A DNA stretch of 64,000 nucleotides, taken from assembly GCA_002104905.1 (NCBI GenBank), contig MCFE01000046.1:62001-126000 (forward strand), in the 5' to 3' direction. Source of the stretch: Basidiobolus meristosporus CBS 931.73 (taxonomy: Eukaryota > Fungi > Basidiobolomycota). Below are positions 36,540 to 49,500 of the stretch, piece by piece (position 1 is the first letter of the stretch; each line of letters starts with the position of its first letter). The notes under the pieces are model-generated. The model did no database searches. It saw only the letters and a list, made by a program, of their open reading frames with translations, and was not told the DNA's origin. The position numbers were made by a program, and so were the translations under genes.

Positions 36540-37620
36540 TTCCCAACTATCAGAGCCTTAATTATATAGTCTCATCAAATCTCTGCTTCATCCTTTCTGC
36601 ACATATGGAGATTTTGACCTGTGCCTCCGGACATATTTGTTTCAGTTGTTGGTTTCTACTAGGCTAACTGACTTTATCCTACAAGTTGTTGGTGTGTTTT
36701 GGTTGTGTGAGATCTCCTGAAATCCCTAGTTAATATCTATACACCAAGTAAAATGGCATTTATTGGGTAGCGTTGTGGTGGTGTAGAGGTACTCCTGGGA
36801 GAAGCTACACAACTCAAGGTGTGTGAGGTGTCTGATGGGTGCAACAACCTCTGGGTCTAAACTGCTGGTGTCTTTGTCAATATGTCACTATGGTAAAAGC
36901 TCCTGCTTCTCTAGCTTGCTAGGTGCTCCAAGTGTCTCAAAAGGCCTCTGTGTGTCTTATGCACTACCCTGAAAAGCTCCTTGATGGCAGATCTGAGATG
37001 TACTGTTGAAGGCAGGTGCAGTGATCAACTGCTAATCAATAAGGGAGAAGTGTTACTGATAGAAGGGATCATTTATTGATGAGGGATTGCTTTCCCTTAA
37101 ATACTTTTCCTGATTGCCAAGTGATTACTAATGACAAGGTTCTGGAAGATTCTAGGCATCAGTGGAATTCTTGATGACATCACTATGGGCTAAAAATATG
37201 CCAAGAATGTCCTGGAAGGTTCTAAAAGGCACAGCACTCTCAACCAATCAGGAATCAGTAGTCTGAAACCTGTGCAACATAGAAATACCATATATAGTAT
37301 TGAAATGGTAGGGATGGTAACACAGACCTAGGTCATGTGTCATGGGTACTGATGCGGGTACTTGCCTTATATAGATACATCTACTGATCACAAAGCTGAA
37401 TAATATCTGGGATAACTAATGCTAATACCTAATCAGGGTAAACATCATATAGGGATAATACTAACAGTATGGGCAAAAAAAGAATGGGATAATACTGATA
37501 AGATAAAATATGGATAAGTATATCATAATGACTATATGAATAAACTTGTCTGTGGGAGGTATGTTTACCTTACCACAGCGTTGTGCACACTTACTCTGCA
37601 GGCAAAAGGTACTAGATCAA
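36540..37620 (-). pseudogene. Gypsy family B integrase relic, split by LTR-C
   Basis: Matches about 23370-23620 after removing the 36774-37577 insertion. Confidence 0.75.
36774..37577 (-). repeat. Solo LTR, gypsy family C (804 bp)
   Basis: TGTGGT...ACCACA; 4-bp TSD GCGT (36770-36773 and 37578-37581); homologous to 57978-62174 and 53906-54874. Confidence 0.92.
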
Positions 37621-37899
37621 CACACGTGTCCTATCTACCTTTAGCTCTACTTTCATACTGAGTTGCCATTTTTCCAAATAGTTCTTTAAACCATTTAGTG
37701 ACTCCTTTAGTGCTTGTTTAATATGCTGAAGTTATAAGGGATGGTTCACAATCCCTTGGTGTGCATAGATCCTCAGAGCTATCACTCTGCAGGAAGCACT
37801 AAGAAGTATGATGAGTACCAATAGGCATTGCATACTCATATGCCTCAGTTTGTGTAAGGTAAAAATTGCAGTTAGGTTCTTTTACCAAGAACTAAGTAT

Positions 37900-38150
37900 A
37901 TAGAAAGATATTGTTGGTACAGATATGATTAATAGTTGCATTATCATGACTTGTGTGGCTCAACCTTGCCATGATCTGTTTAATAATTCCTATGCTGTCT
38001 GTATGCATCATGGGTGAGAGGCTTGTTACAATAACCAAGTGGTCCTTTTTCTCTTCTTTTACTAAACTGAAACCAAGCAGTCTGGTCCATTGGCTTAACA
38101 GTTTCACATCAATGCAAATACAAGAACTAGATGTGCAGTATTCTCTATGA
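37900..38150 (-). repeat. CACTA-like 5' region copy
   Basis: Reverse-complement homology to 7520-7740. Confidence 0.55.
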
Positions 38151-38671
38151 TTAAGTAGCCTTCTGAACCAATATCTAGACAGTGTGCATCAGATTGACTC
38201 CGTTGGATAGTGTTGCACTGAGCTATTAGTGTCAAATAGTGCCATAGTCTGCTGGAGAGCTGCAGCAGACCTATGGTTGGCCGCAAACTGTAGTAATCTA
38301 AATAAGTACCAGGCTTAATGTTTGATCTCAGCCAAATATACTTTGGCCATGGCAGCTCTCAGTAGGTTTTAGCTGCATGCCAGTTGGCATTTCTTTCACT
38401 CTCTGCAGCTTCTATACATGGGCTGAATAGGCATTGGCTACCATTTACTCTCATTGATGTATCAACTAAGGTTTATACTAAGAATGGTCTCAGAAGTTTC
38501 CAATCAAGCTTTGGACCTATTTAGAGTACTCTGAAAACCCACATATGCCAGCTACCTGGTGCTCTAACAAAAATATTTAAAGGTAATCTAAAGTAGTAAT
38601 GTGATTAGTATTCTCCAAGATATGTAGGCAATGATCAAAGTAAATATATTTGATGATTGTTGAGGTGTAAT

Positions 38672-38850
38672 TGTTGCAATTTAAGAAGTGATTTGGATGT
38701 AAGGAACTTTTAAAGAAATAGTGATAATAGCTGAACTGTTTTTATTTGTAAAAAGGCTCAGCATATATACCTTTGTAGAAGTAATACTGCTATAACACTA
38801 TGTAAGAAGGGTATTATAACACTCAGGAGCAACCTGTAACAATTTCAGGG
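38672..38850 (-). repeat. Partial LTR, copia family 2
   Basis: Starts TGTTGCAATTTAAGAAGTGATTTGGATGTAA; truncated. Confidence 0.8.
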
Positions 38851-39260
38851 AATTTCATCAAATAGGTCCTTTGCATTAAAGCAACAGACTTGATCCATCA
38901 TTCCAGCTGATGATAGTGATCAATAGGGCCATAGCATGCCAGATGGTGCCTGATCATGCCACAGAGTGCCAGATGGTGCCATACAGTGCCAATTTGGCAT
39001 CAAAATTGACATGCATTTCATCCTAAAATATCAAGTTAATCACAAAATATACAGCACTTTCTGGCACTATGATCAAGAGCACAATGAAACAAGTCCAATA
39101 TGTATCCTGAGTCAAAAACTGGATGTTGTTTTGTCAGTCTTTTAATCCAAATACTGTAGCATTTTGTCAGTCCTAGTGCATTCTGCACTTATTTGAGTAG
39201 ACCCAGCCAGTCAATGCATCAACATGCCATATATGGCAAGAAGGTTAATGTTGATTTGAC

Positions 39261-39630
39261 TGTTGCAATTTAAGAAATGATTAGGACAAAAGGGACTTAT
39301 CAAGATATAGTGATAATAGTTGAACTGTAGTTTATCCAAGACAAGCATCATTATTTATACCTTGGTAGAATTACTACAGCAGTAACACTAAGTAAGGAGG
39401 GTCTCTCAACATTCAGGAGCATCCTGTAACAGTTTCAGGGTTAAAACATCACGTTTGGTAAAAAGCGTTAATTTGCTCTTCACTATAGGGGAATAATCAT
39501 ACAATCATAGATGTGAAAAAACAAGCAAAGTTGAGGCCGCAAATAAGTCCTAGAGTGACCAAGACTAGTTTAGAGTTGTTCAGTAAGTTTTTAGCTGCTA
39601 AATGATATCAAATGGTCCAATACTTCAGCA
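39261..39630 (-). repeat. Solo LTR, copia family 2
   Basis: TGTTGCA...TCAGCA; TSD TTGAC. Confidence 0.93.
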
Positions 39631-39989
39631 TTGACAGCCTCAGAGTAGACCTGTAACAAGGTGAAACCCAGCATAAATTGGTATAGCTGACCAATAAAGA
39701 TTGATTGTGTGCATATACAAATCCTGAGCCTCCAGTCCTTGCATTTATATTGTAGTGCATGCATAAGAGTAGTGATTGGAGCTGGTGAAAGTGCTTTGGG
39801 TATCAGATACTACACAATATACTGCTGATGCTTTCAAGTTTCTCTTGTATCTTTAAGGGTGTTCCTAACTTGAAATGCCATTTTTACGACCTTATTGCTT
39901 ATTAAGGGGATATTATTGAAGAAAAAATGCATTGCTGTAAGTGGAAAGGCCTTGCTCAAATAGATTCCCTTTATCTTAAGTATCTTCAA

Positions 39990-40480
39990 TTTTCAATTAA
40001 TTATATATTTTAGCCATGAGCATTTAACTTGCCAGCTGTGCTGAAGGTGCATGCTGACTTCTGTGCATTCTATCTGTGCAAAGTGGATGACTCAAGTGCT
40101 TGAGTTTGGGTTATAATAATGTGTGTGAGTTACAGAATAAATGCCTTGGATCTCACACAATTGGCTCCAATATTGCTTATTGTGCCTAGAAAAACCAGAT
40201 ATCTTGCTAATGGCTAGTGTAATTCTAATGCAGAAGACAATATGTGTTTGATATACCTGCCTTTTTCAGTGTCCAGCTGAAAGCATACAAAGTTCATCCA
40301 GCAATGGACACAAGTAGCTATATATGTTGGAGGGTAATTCAGGCACAGACACTAGTAAAGCTATCATAAGATTTCTGCTCTGATACCTTAGATGGGCAGC
40401 TAACTTAGGCTGATAAGAGTAGTGGCTTCTGCTTCCCGCTAAGCACTCAACTCCTGGGCTTCCTATAAGCACTAACATAT
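39990..40480 (-). pseudogene. CACTA tnp2 fragment
   Basis: LAAHLRYQSRNLMIALLVSVPELPSNIYSYLCPLLDEL (tnp2 NLPP..RY...N motif region); homologous to 52120-52260 and 53010-53190. Confidence 0.7.
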
Positions 40481-40619
40481 TCTAATCTCTGACCAAGCAC
40501 ACTGATAAATGGGGGTTTATTGCAGCTTCTGAGTGTAGTATTCCAAGCTTATTGCAAGTCACTCATTTACTGAAATATACCATGATACCATGAAAGCTTC
40601 TTGGACTGTTGTAGCCATG

Positions 40620-42360
40620 GATGGTATGACAAGACCTTGTTGGGCAATAAGTTTTGTTATTGCAGTCAAGCCTAACAAGGGAAATCCTTGAGTAGATTGG
40701 GTGGATGGTCTACAGTACTTGGCATAGATCTTCTCTGATGTATCAAGGCAGAACTATATGCCTCATAGAGTCCACAGTGATGGTATAGTATGAACCAAAA
40801 GCAGTGGCTATATATAATAAGACCAGTACTAAAGTCAAGAATGGGCTGAGAGTGAGGAGATTAAATGATGAAGTTGCATGCAATGATTTCTCATGCAATT
40901 TGAATAGCACAGACCAGACACATCAATTTATGCCCCAACTGTGGGAACCATCAAAAATTTGAACATGTTTTTGCCTCAAATGACTAATATACTGCATGAT
41001 TAATTAAAGAGCTAAGTGAATTCCAAGAGCAATATACACAGAACTTACTAACTTGGCAGCTCCGTAGTATCAGACAGAGGGTTACTGAATATTGTGAGCA
41101 ATCAAAAGGTGAGCTTCAAGAGTAAGAGTATGGAATGTGGGCAACTGCTTCAAGATTGCACAAGTATGTCTTGCCACATTCCTTACCAAGCCTTGCTACA
41201 CCTGTGCACTGGTGCATATCAGCCCAATCTATGCAAACATCCTTAACAGTGGGCCATGCACTGGGTTACTTTATGCCGGGTTGATGCACATGGTTCTGAG
41301 TAAATCTACTGGAGCATGTCAAGCTGTTTGATTATGCAGAAGTCTACTTAGGTTAGCTAAGTTACACATACATATTGCATTACACTGAACCTAGCTAAAG
41401 ATCATGCCAATGTGTCAAGCTGCACATGCTTATGCCATTACCCTCTGACTATCCACAATCTATTTCTGAAGTACTAACTGGCAAAGATCCACTGGTACCA
41501 CCTCTACCATAGAAGTCTTTGACAAGTAAATGAACATGTCAGCATGTTGAACTTCAGGCTGGTTCTGTTCCATCCTCTGGAGTAATTCAGCCTGGCCATG
41601 CTACAGCACTGCACTCATCAAGCAGGAGGTCAAATACTAACTACAAGTATTCAAGTTGCCAAGATGATAGGCATCAATGAAGTAGTTTAGGTGCACAAGG
41701 TGATGTTGCAAATTAAGAAATGATTTGGATATAAGGAACTTATCAAGAAATAGTGATGATAGTTGAGCTATTGTTTATAAGTAAAAAAGCTCAGTATTTA
41801 TACCTTTGTAGAAGTACTAAGCTATAGCAATAAGTAAGGAGGTTTCCCAATAATCAGGAGCATTCTGTAACAACTTTAGGGTTAGTACATAATGTCTAGT
41901 ATTAGTGCTAATCTGATCATGACTATAGGGGAATAATGATAGGATCATAGATCTGAAGAAAGTGGCAAAGTTAGAGCTGTAAATTAGTCCCAAAGCAGCC
42001 AAAACTAGTCCAGAGTTGTTAAGTAAAGTTTTTACTGCTGAATGATACCAAATAGCCAAATATTTCAACAAGTGAAGCACAACCATATGCTTCAATTGTA
42101 ATCCCTGCACAAAAATACTTGGAGAAGACAACAGAGTTGTGCTGAAATGCTATCTTTGTCATGATCCAACTATTGCATTTTTTGCAATCCCATTCAAGCC
42201 TTTGCACATTAAGGATTACTAAATTTCTGATATAAGTGATATCAAGGTTGTCTCTCATTTGCAATAGAACTCCTGTAAATAAACACCATGCATTCCTATA
42301 CATCATCTGTAACAACAATATGGCCATTCAATCTACCTTGCCGCTACACAACTAGGGGCA
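40620..42360 (-). mobile_element. Strongly decayed PHIS relic
   Basis: Patchy reverse-complement homology to the transposase 5' part and ORF1 of 58579-61979. Confidence 0.75.
41704..42070 (-). repeat. Solo LTR, copia family 2
   Basis: TGTTGCA...TCAACA; imperfect TSD GGTGA/AGTGA. Confidence 0.88.
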
Positions 42361-42899
42361 TGCTTGCTAAAACATGTTGTCTATATTAAAATATTAGAGA
42401 TATATATTGGATGTGAAATCAGAATTTGAATATTTAGATGATATTCATTTATTGATTTATTGAGTTACAACACAGCAATTATACCTATTGCAGAACTACA
42501 CACATATAGATATTTGCTCACTATTAGGGGAGTCTCAGGAGTATATGTGCCAAGTTTCAACTCACTTGGACAAATTTTGGACTTTCCAAATATTCTGTAC
42601 TTTACTAATTTCTAATAATTGGCAAATATCTTATAAACTATTGCTAAGTTAATATCCAGAAATATGACATTTAACCAAGTGCTAGCTCATAATATATTAG
42701 TAATTAGGTGCACTCCTAATTATTACAACATTCCAATTGCCTAAACAAGATATTTGCTTTCTCAATATGCATAATAAGATATTTGATGGCAAATCAGGTA
42801 GTTTGTGCACTGGTCAATAAGCCAACAGCTTAAGGAGACTATTAGATCAATCAAGCCACACCTTCCAAATGGGGCAATGCTAATTAAAATGGCCTGTAT

Positions 42900-44100
42900 T
42901 GGTAAAGGTTATGTTGCAATAAGTGTTTATATCTATAAATACCAATGAAACATAAGAAGCAATTGGACTATATCAATCATAATTGTGGAATCCATATATG
43001 GAGGCAATGCAAATATTTCAAGTTGCTTCAATCATCCATGCCAATGCCATTGCATCAGACCATGCTATAATGTGCAAGATTTTCCCACACAGTGGAATAC
43101 TGTCTAAAAAAGACCCTTCCTGCTGGAAGCTACAAAATCCCACCCAATTGTTTTGAACAACTATAGATTGCACTGCACACCCTGGCATGGAATAATGCAA
43201 CAAGTCTACTGGGTGTGGTACTCTTTAGCTTCATAGTATTTGTCAGACTGCATGAGCTTCTTTAGATGGGGCATTACTGATAATTAAATAGAGTGCAAAT
43301 AAAACTTTCCCCGTATGGTGGTGATTATATACAAGTTGGACACCTTGCATGGGTGGTATTTTCTGATGCGCATTCCATGCTATGGTTAACACATGCTGGT
43401 ATTGGGACAGGCTCTGGGTTAAATGTTGCCAGCTACAAGACAATTGCCCAAAATCACAATGTACATGGCAAGTTTCATTCTTGAATGATTTTGGCAAGAA
43501 TCAGTAGTAAATCTGCACATTCCCATTATTAATATTAGTTGAAACATGCCACTTCTCTAGCTACCACATCTTGTCATTCTGCAGTATTTGCACTATTGTC
43601 CTCACTTGGCTCCATAAAGTGCTGTTGGGTTTTTTCCATTGGTGTTGTTCCATTAAGTACTGGGATATTGCCAGGCTGATGCAGAGTACTGTTGTGAGGT
43701 GACATAGGCATACAAATCATCAGTAAGCCTGCTTCTTTAAAGCTATCATTCTGTAGGCCATATTGAGAAGTCAGATGTGGGCTAAAAGATGTCACAAACC
43801 AACCAGACTTCGCTTGCACAAGGTGATAAGTGCCACTAGTTTCTGTTATAGAAGTGATATGGGGCTGGCAACATATTGTTGGTACAAATGTGACCAAGAA
43901 ATGCTCAAGTATGACTTGTGTGACAAAATACTGGCTGTGTTCCTTTAAATAACTCCTGTGCTGTCTGTGTGGTTCATGGCTAAGATGTACATGACAATAG
44001 CCATATTGTCTTATTCACTTCTGGTGTGGCATTGGATCCAAGTTGTGTTGTCCATTGAGCTAACAGCCAAGACAACCAACAGCATAATGCTGTAATATCA
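42900..44100 (-). pseudogene. CACTA-like transposase N-terminal relic
   Basis: 43574-43897 is homologous to 13440-13700, the continuation of the CACTA 5' region. Confidence 0.4.
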
Positions 44101-45177
44101 ATTTTTTGTCAACACTCATGTGAATTTAAGTCAGCCCTATATTTGAGACTGTTACTGGGATCATTACAAATATCAGCAATTCAAAGCAATTGCATCATCT
44201 TCTCCTGGGTTTTTTCTCACAGGGACTACTACTCAAGTATTTGGTAGTGACTCCCTTTGCACACCTATACTACTTCCTTGTTGACTATGATCTTGGCTAC
44301 TTGTGTATTTGTAGTCAGTATTTTGCCTTCTAGTTGATGAGTGCAATGCTGCAGCTTGGCTGTGCTGAGGTGCTCTTATTGAACCTACTGAACCAGCCTG
44401 GAGTGCCACACACTGACATGCTCTGTTACTTACCAAGGGCTCCACTTGGCCTGGTCTAATAGACTCACGTCTAAATGAGCAGTTTGGCAAGTTCTGGTAG
44501 TTTTGCTCTGAAGTGTGTGCATTGTGAGTAAAGCATCAATAATAATACCAAGGCATTGTTTGAGGATGATTTTTGCAACATAATTATGGGATGCATGGCA
44601 TTTGATGGAGATATAATCATAACGCATGGAAAATCAGCTAAATAACACAGTTTACCAGCAAGGCATGCTGGCGCAATCTGGACAATGTTGCTTGCGGTCT
44701 GTATTCTTCCTCCTGAAGCTCACCATCTGATTCCTCAAGGTATTCACTTACCCTCTGTCTGATACTTTTGAGCTGTTGCCTGGATGAGTCCTGTGTATAT
44801 TGCTCTTGGAAGCCACTTAGCTCTACTAATATATCATGTAGTACATTAGTCATTTGAGGCAAAAACTCATTCAAAATCTCTTTGGTTCCCAAAGTTGAGG
44901 CACAAACGCACGCGTCCGGCCTGTACTGTGCAAATTGCGCGCAAAATTGCTCCCACGTGGCTTCTTTGTCAAATCCCCTCACTCTCAGCTCATTCTTGCT
45001 TTCAATACTTGTCTTGTTATATATCTTTTTACATACATTGGCTGGCATTTTGATGTAGAACTCATGCCACAGCTTTCTACTCAAATTCTTCCATCTTTGT
45101 CAACTCTCTGAGGTATCTAGTTCTGCTAGATTAATCAGTAGTGCCCAAATTTCTGTATGAAGGCTCATCATAGAAAC

Positions 45178-45547
45178 TGTTGAAATATTGGACTATTTGG
45201 TATCATTCAGCAGCTAAAAAATTTACTTAACAATTCTAGGCTAGTCTTAGTCAGTGTAGGACCCATTTACTGCCTTAACTTTGCCACTTTCTCCAGATAT
45301 ATGATCTTATGATTATTCCCCTATAGTCAGGATCAAATTAGCACTATTACCAAGCATTATGTACTAACCCTGAAACTGTTACAGAATGCTCCTGAATATT
45401 GAGAAACCCTCCCTACTTAGTGTTGCAGCTGTATTACTTCTACAAAGGTATAAATACTGAGCTTCTTTATGAATAAACAACAGTTCAACTATTATCACTA
45501 TTTCTTGATAAGTTCCTTATATCCAAATCACTTCTTAAATTGCAACA
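45178..45547 (+). repeat. Solo LTR, copia family 2, young
   Basis: Near-identical reverse complement of 46527-46895; TSD GAAAC; inserted at the ORF1 5' end. Confidence 0.96.
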
Positions 45548-46526
45548 GAAACTTGGGCCATACTAAAATCATTTGGCAAGAAATCAAACGGATCCAACAT
45601 TGACTTTTCCGGTCAGGACCACGCTTGTGAGCTGGGGGATGGGTTTTGTCTGGGTTGTACTAAAGATGAGTTGAGGTTTGGTATGGGGACCATAGCAACG
45701 GATTTGGATACTTATACAGCAGTATATTGGCATCAACCTGGTCTTATATGAAATATATTTGAAAACTAATGTGATTGTTGAATTTTCCATATATTATGCA
45801 TGATGCATCTTGGATCACATTGACACAAATCAGATCACATCAATCGCAGATTTCCTATTTGATTATAGACCTATGATTAAAGCATCAATAAAAGTACCAA
45901 GGCATTGTTTGCGGATGATTTTTGCAAAATAATGATGGGATACATGGCAATTGATGGAGATTTAACCATAATGTATTAAAAATCAGGTAAATAATGCGGA
46001 TTGCGCCAAATTGATTCAAACCGCCTTTATACAATCATCCACCAATTTTAATATGACTTACTCATATGAATGGTCTTTTCTCATCAATCCCATCACTACC
46101 ACTGGATTTCCTTTTGACACACTAGAGGAGATCTATTCCAAGTACTGTGGACCATCAACCCCAATCTACTCAAGGAGATCTCTTGTCAAGCTTCTCTGCA
46201 ATTACAAGAACTATTGCCCTACAAGGTTTCATCCCACCATCCATGGCAACAAAAGTCCTAGAAGCTTTCATTCCCAGCTGACAGCCATGGAGAACTACCT
46301 TGCAGGGGGTATGAATGACTTAGAGCAAGCTTGGAATACTAGGTTCAGAAGCTCCAATAGACTTCCATATCCCAGAGTGTTCAGCAACAGGTTCCATATC
46401 AGGAGTATTTTGGATACCTTCCCAGTGAGGATTAACAGACCTTCTAGAGGGCAGAGGCACTTTTATTCTGGCAAGTACAAGGCACACTGTGTGAAGTTTC
46501 AAGCATTGTCTGACATTGAGGGTAAC

Positions 46527-49500
46527 TGTTGCAATTTAAGAAGTGATTTGGATGTAAAGAACTTATCAAGAAATAGTGATAATAGTTGAACTGTTGTTTA
46601 TTCATAAAGAAGCTCAGTATTTATACCTTTGTAGAAGTAATACAGCTGCAACACTAAGTAGGGAGGGTTTCTCAATATTCAGGAGCATTCTGTAACAGTT
46701 TCAGGGTTAGTACATAATGCTTGGTAATAGTGCTAATTTGATCCTGACTATAGGGGAATAATCATAAGATCATATATCTGGAGAAAGTGGCGAAGTTAAG
46801 GCAGTAAATGAGTCCTGCACTGACTAAGACTAGCCTAGAATTGTTAAGTAAATTTTTAGCTGCTGAATGATACCAAATAGTCCAATATTTCAACACTCCC
46901 CCTCAACTAAATAATTTCTTAATCCCAATTTCTCTCTAAGGATCTCAAACTGTGGCCTAGCTAGTGGTTTTGTCAATATATCTGCCACCATTTTGTCAGT
47001 TGGGCAGTAAACCAGCTCTACTAAGTTATTTTCTACAGCTTCCCTCACAAAGTGATGCTGTATATCAATGTGCTTAGTTCTGGCATGATTAGTAGGATTT
47101 CTAGCTAATGAAATACAACTTTGATTATCCTTGTAAATACATGTTGGTTCACCTGAATTAAAACCTAAGTCTTTGAATAATTTTTGTAGCCATATAGCCT
47201 CCTTAGTTGCTTGACATGCAGCCATATATTTGGCTTCAGTTGTAGATAGTGCCACAGTTGGTTGTTTCTTGCAATTCCAAGTAATAGCTGCACCAGCATA
47301 AAGAAATACATAGCCTGTGGTAGATCATCTGTCAATCAGATCTCTACCCCAATCTGAATCACTATAACCATCAAATTTTTGCCTATTAGCTGCTCCAGAG
47401 TATTCCAGTACCATATTTATGGTACCTTGTAGATATCTGAAAATCCGCTTAACTGCTGCAATTTGATCTGATCCATAATTCTGCATGAATTGACTGACTA
47501 TTCCAACTGCTACTGCAATATCTGGACGTGTAGACACCATCAAGTACATTAGGCTACCGACCATTGATTGATAGGGAAAGTTTTGGTCCATATTTGAGCC
47601 GTTTTCATCCATAACTGGCTGAGATTTGCTTAATTTCAGGTTATTGTCCATAGGGGTTGCTGCAGGCTTGCAATTTTCCATTTTGAAGCGTCTAAGAATG
47701 TCCCTGATGTACTTAGACTGATTCAGCACAACTTTCTGCGTAGGTATGTCAAATTTGACTTCAATTCCAAGAAAATAGCTCAATTTTCCAAGATCTTTCA
47801 TCTCAAACTTGCTGAAGAGATCTGATTTCGTCTGTTTAAGTGCCTCTTGATCACTTGTAGCTATAATTAGGTCGTCCACATAAAGAACTAGGATGATCAC
47901 ACCCTTTTTGAGCTGTTTCACATATATACTGTGATCTGCAGTGCTACGAGAGAACCCAATTTCCTCTAGATATGTGTCAATCTTGTTATACCATGCTCTG
48001 GGTGCCTGCTTAAGCCCATACAATGATTTTCCAAGTTTGCACACCTTATGGGGGCTTTTTGGATCGGTAAAACCTTCTGGTTGCTCCATATATAATGTTT
48101 CTTGCAAATCCCCATTTAGAAAGGCTGTTTTGACGTCCATTTGGTGTAGATCTAGACTGTGTACAGCTGCCAGGGCTAGAACTGTCCTAATAGAGTTAAA
48201 CTTGGCAACCGGAGCAAATGTTTCCTTAAAGTCTAGTCCCTGGATCTGGGAATAGCCTTTAGCTACCAATCTAGCCTTGTACTTATCAATGGCACCATTT
48301 GAGGTTATCTTGATCTTGTAGAACCATCTACATCCTATTGGCTTTCTCCCATTTGGTAAATCTACCAGTTCCCACGTCTTTGCCTTGATCAGTGATTGGT
48401 ACTCCTTGTGCATGGCTTGTTGCCACTTAGTAGCATCTGGACCTTGCATTGCCTGTTCCAGATTCTGAGGTTTGGCACATAAGGTAAGATAAGCTTCTTC
48501 ATGATCATTGGATGTCTGCCACCAGGATCCAGGGGCATTTCTTATTCTGGTAGATCTCCTAACTGGGATAATCTGTTCTGATCTGGAACTGGTAGAAGTA
48601 TCTTCCATCTCTGGCTGGATTTGGTACGTATCTTCTTCATTTGTGTTGATTGCATCATCAGGCAGCTGGCCAATGATTTCTGTGGCTTTCTGATCTGAAT
48701 TCTCCTCAAATACAACGTCCCTGCTCTTGATCAGCTTCTGAATTTTGCCATCATACACTCTATATCCTTTAGTATCTTCACAATACCCAAGAAAGATCCC
48801 TTTTCTACTCTTTGGTTCCAACTTTGAGCGTTTTTTGTCAGGGATGTGATAAAAAACATCACTGCCAAAGATCCTGAGGTGCTGGAGATCTGGTTTTTTG
48901 CCTGTATATGATTCAAAGGGTGTAGAATCACGTAGTGCCGTTGTTGGGCATCTGTTCTTGATGTATACAGTGGTAGCAACAGATTCAGCCCAAAACTTGT
49001 AGTCCATTCCCTTATCATGTAGCATAGATCTTGCCATCTCTACTATTGTTCTATTTGCACGTTCTGCTACTCCATTTTGCTGTGAAGTATGAGGAACTGT
49101 GGTCTGTTGAAGTATACCAGTAGACAAGCAGTATTTTGCAAACTCCTTTGAGCAGTATTCTCCTCCATTGTCACTTTGTAGTACCTTCAATTTACACCCA
49201 GTTTGTGTTTCTGCCATGTTCTTGAAGTGCTTAAACGTCTCTAAAGCTTCATCCTTTGTTTTGAGGAAGTACACCCATGTATATCTTGTCTTGTCATCAA
49301 TAAACATCATAAAGTATCTCTTGGCTCCAAAGGACAGTGTTCTCATGGGGCCACATATGTCTGAGTGTACAATAGCCAATATTTCGGTGGTATTGATGCC
49401 TTCTGAGCTCTTGAAACGTTGCCTAGCTTGTTTGCCATATGAACATCCCTTACAAACATTCAATTTGATCGGAATTGAGTATTTTAGGCCCAAAACAAGC

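Noticed and set aside
47325-47327. Programmed readthrough in copia RNase H
   Set aside because: It falls in a conserved DRRST motif and is simply explained by CGA>TGA.
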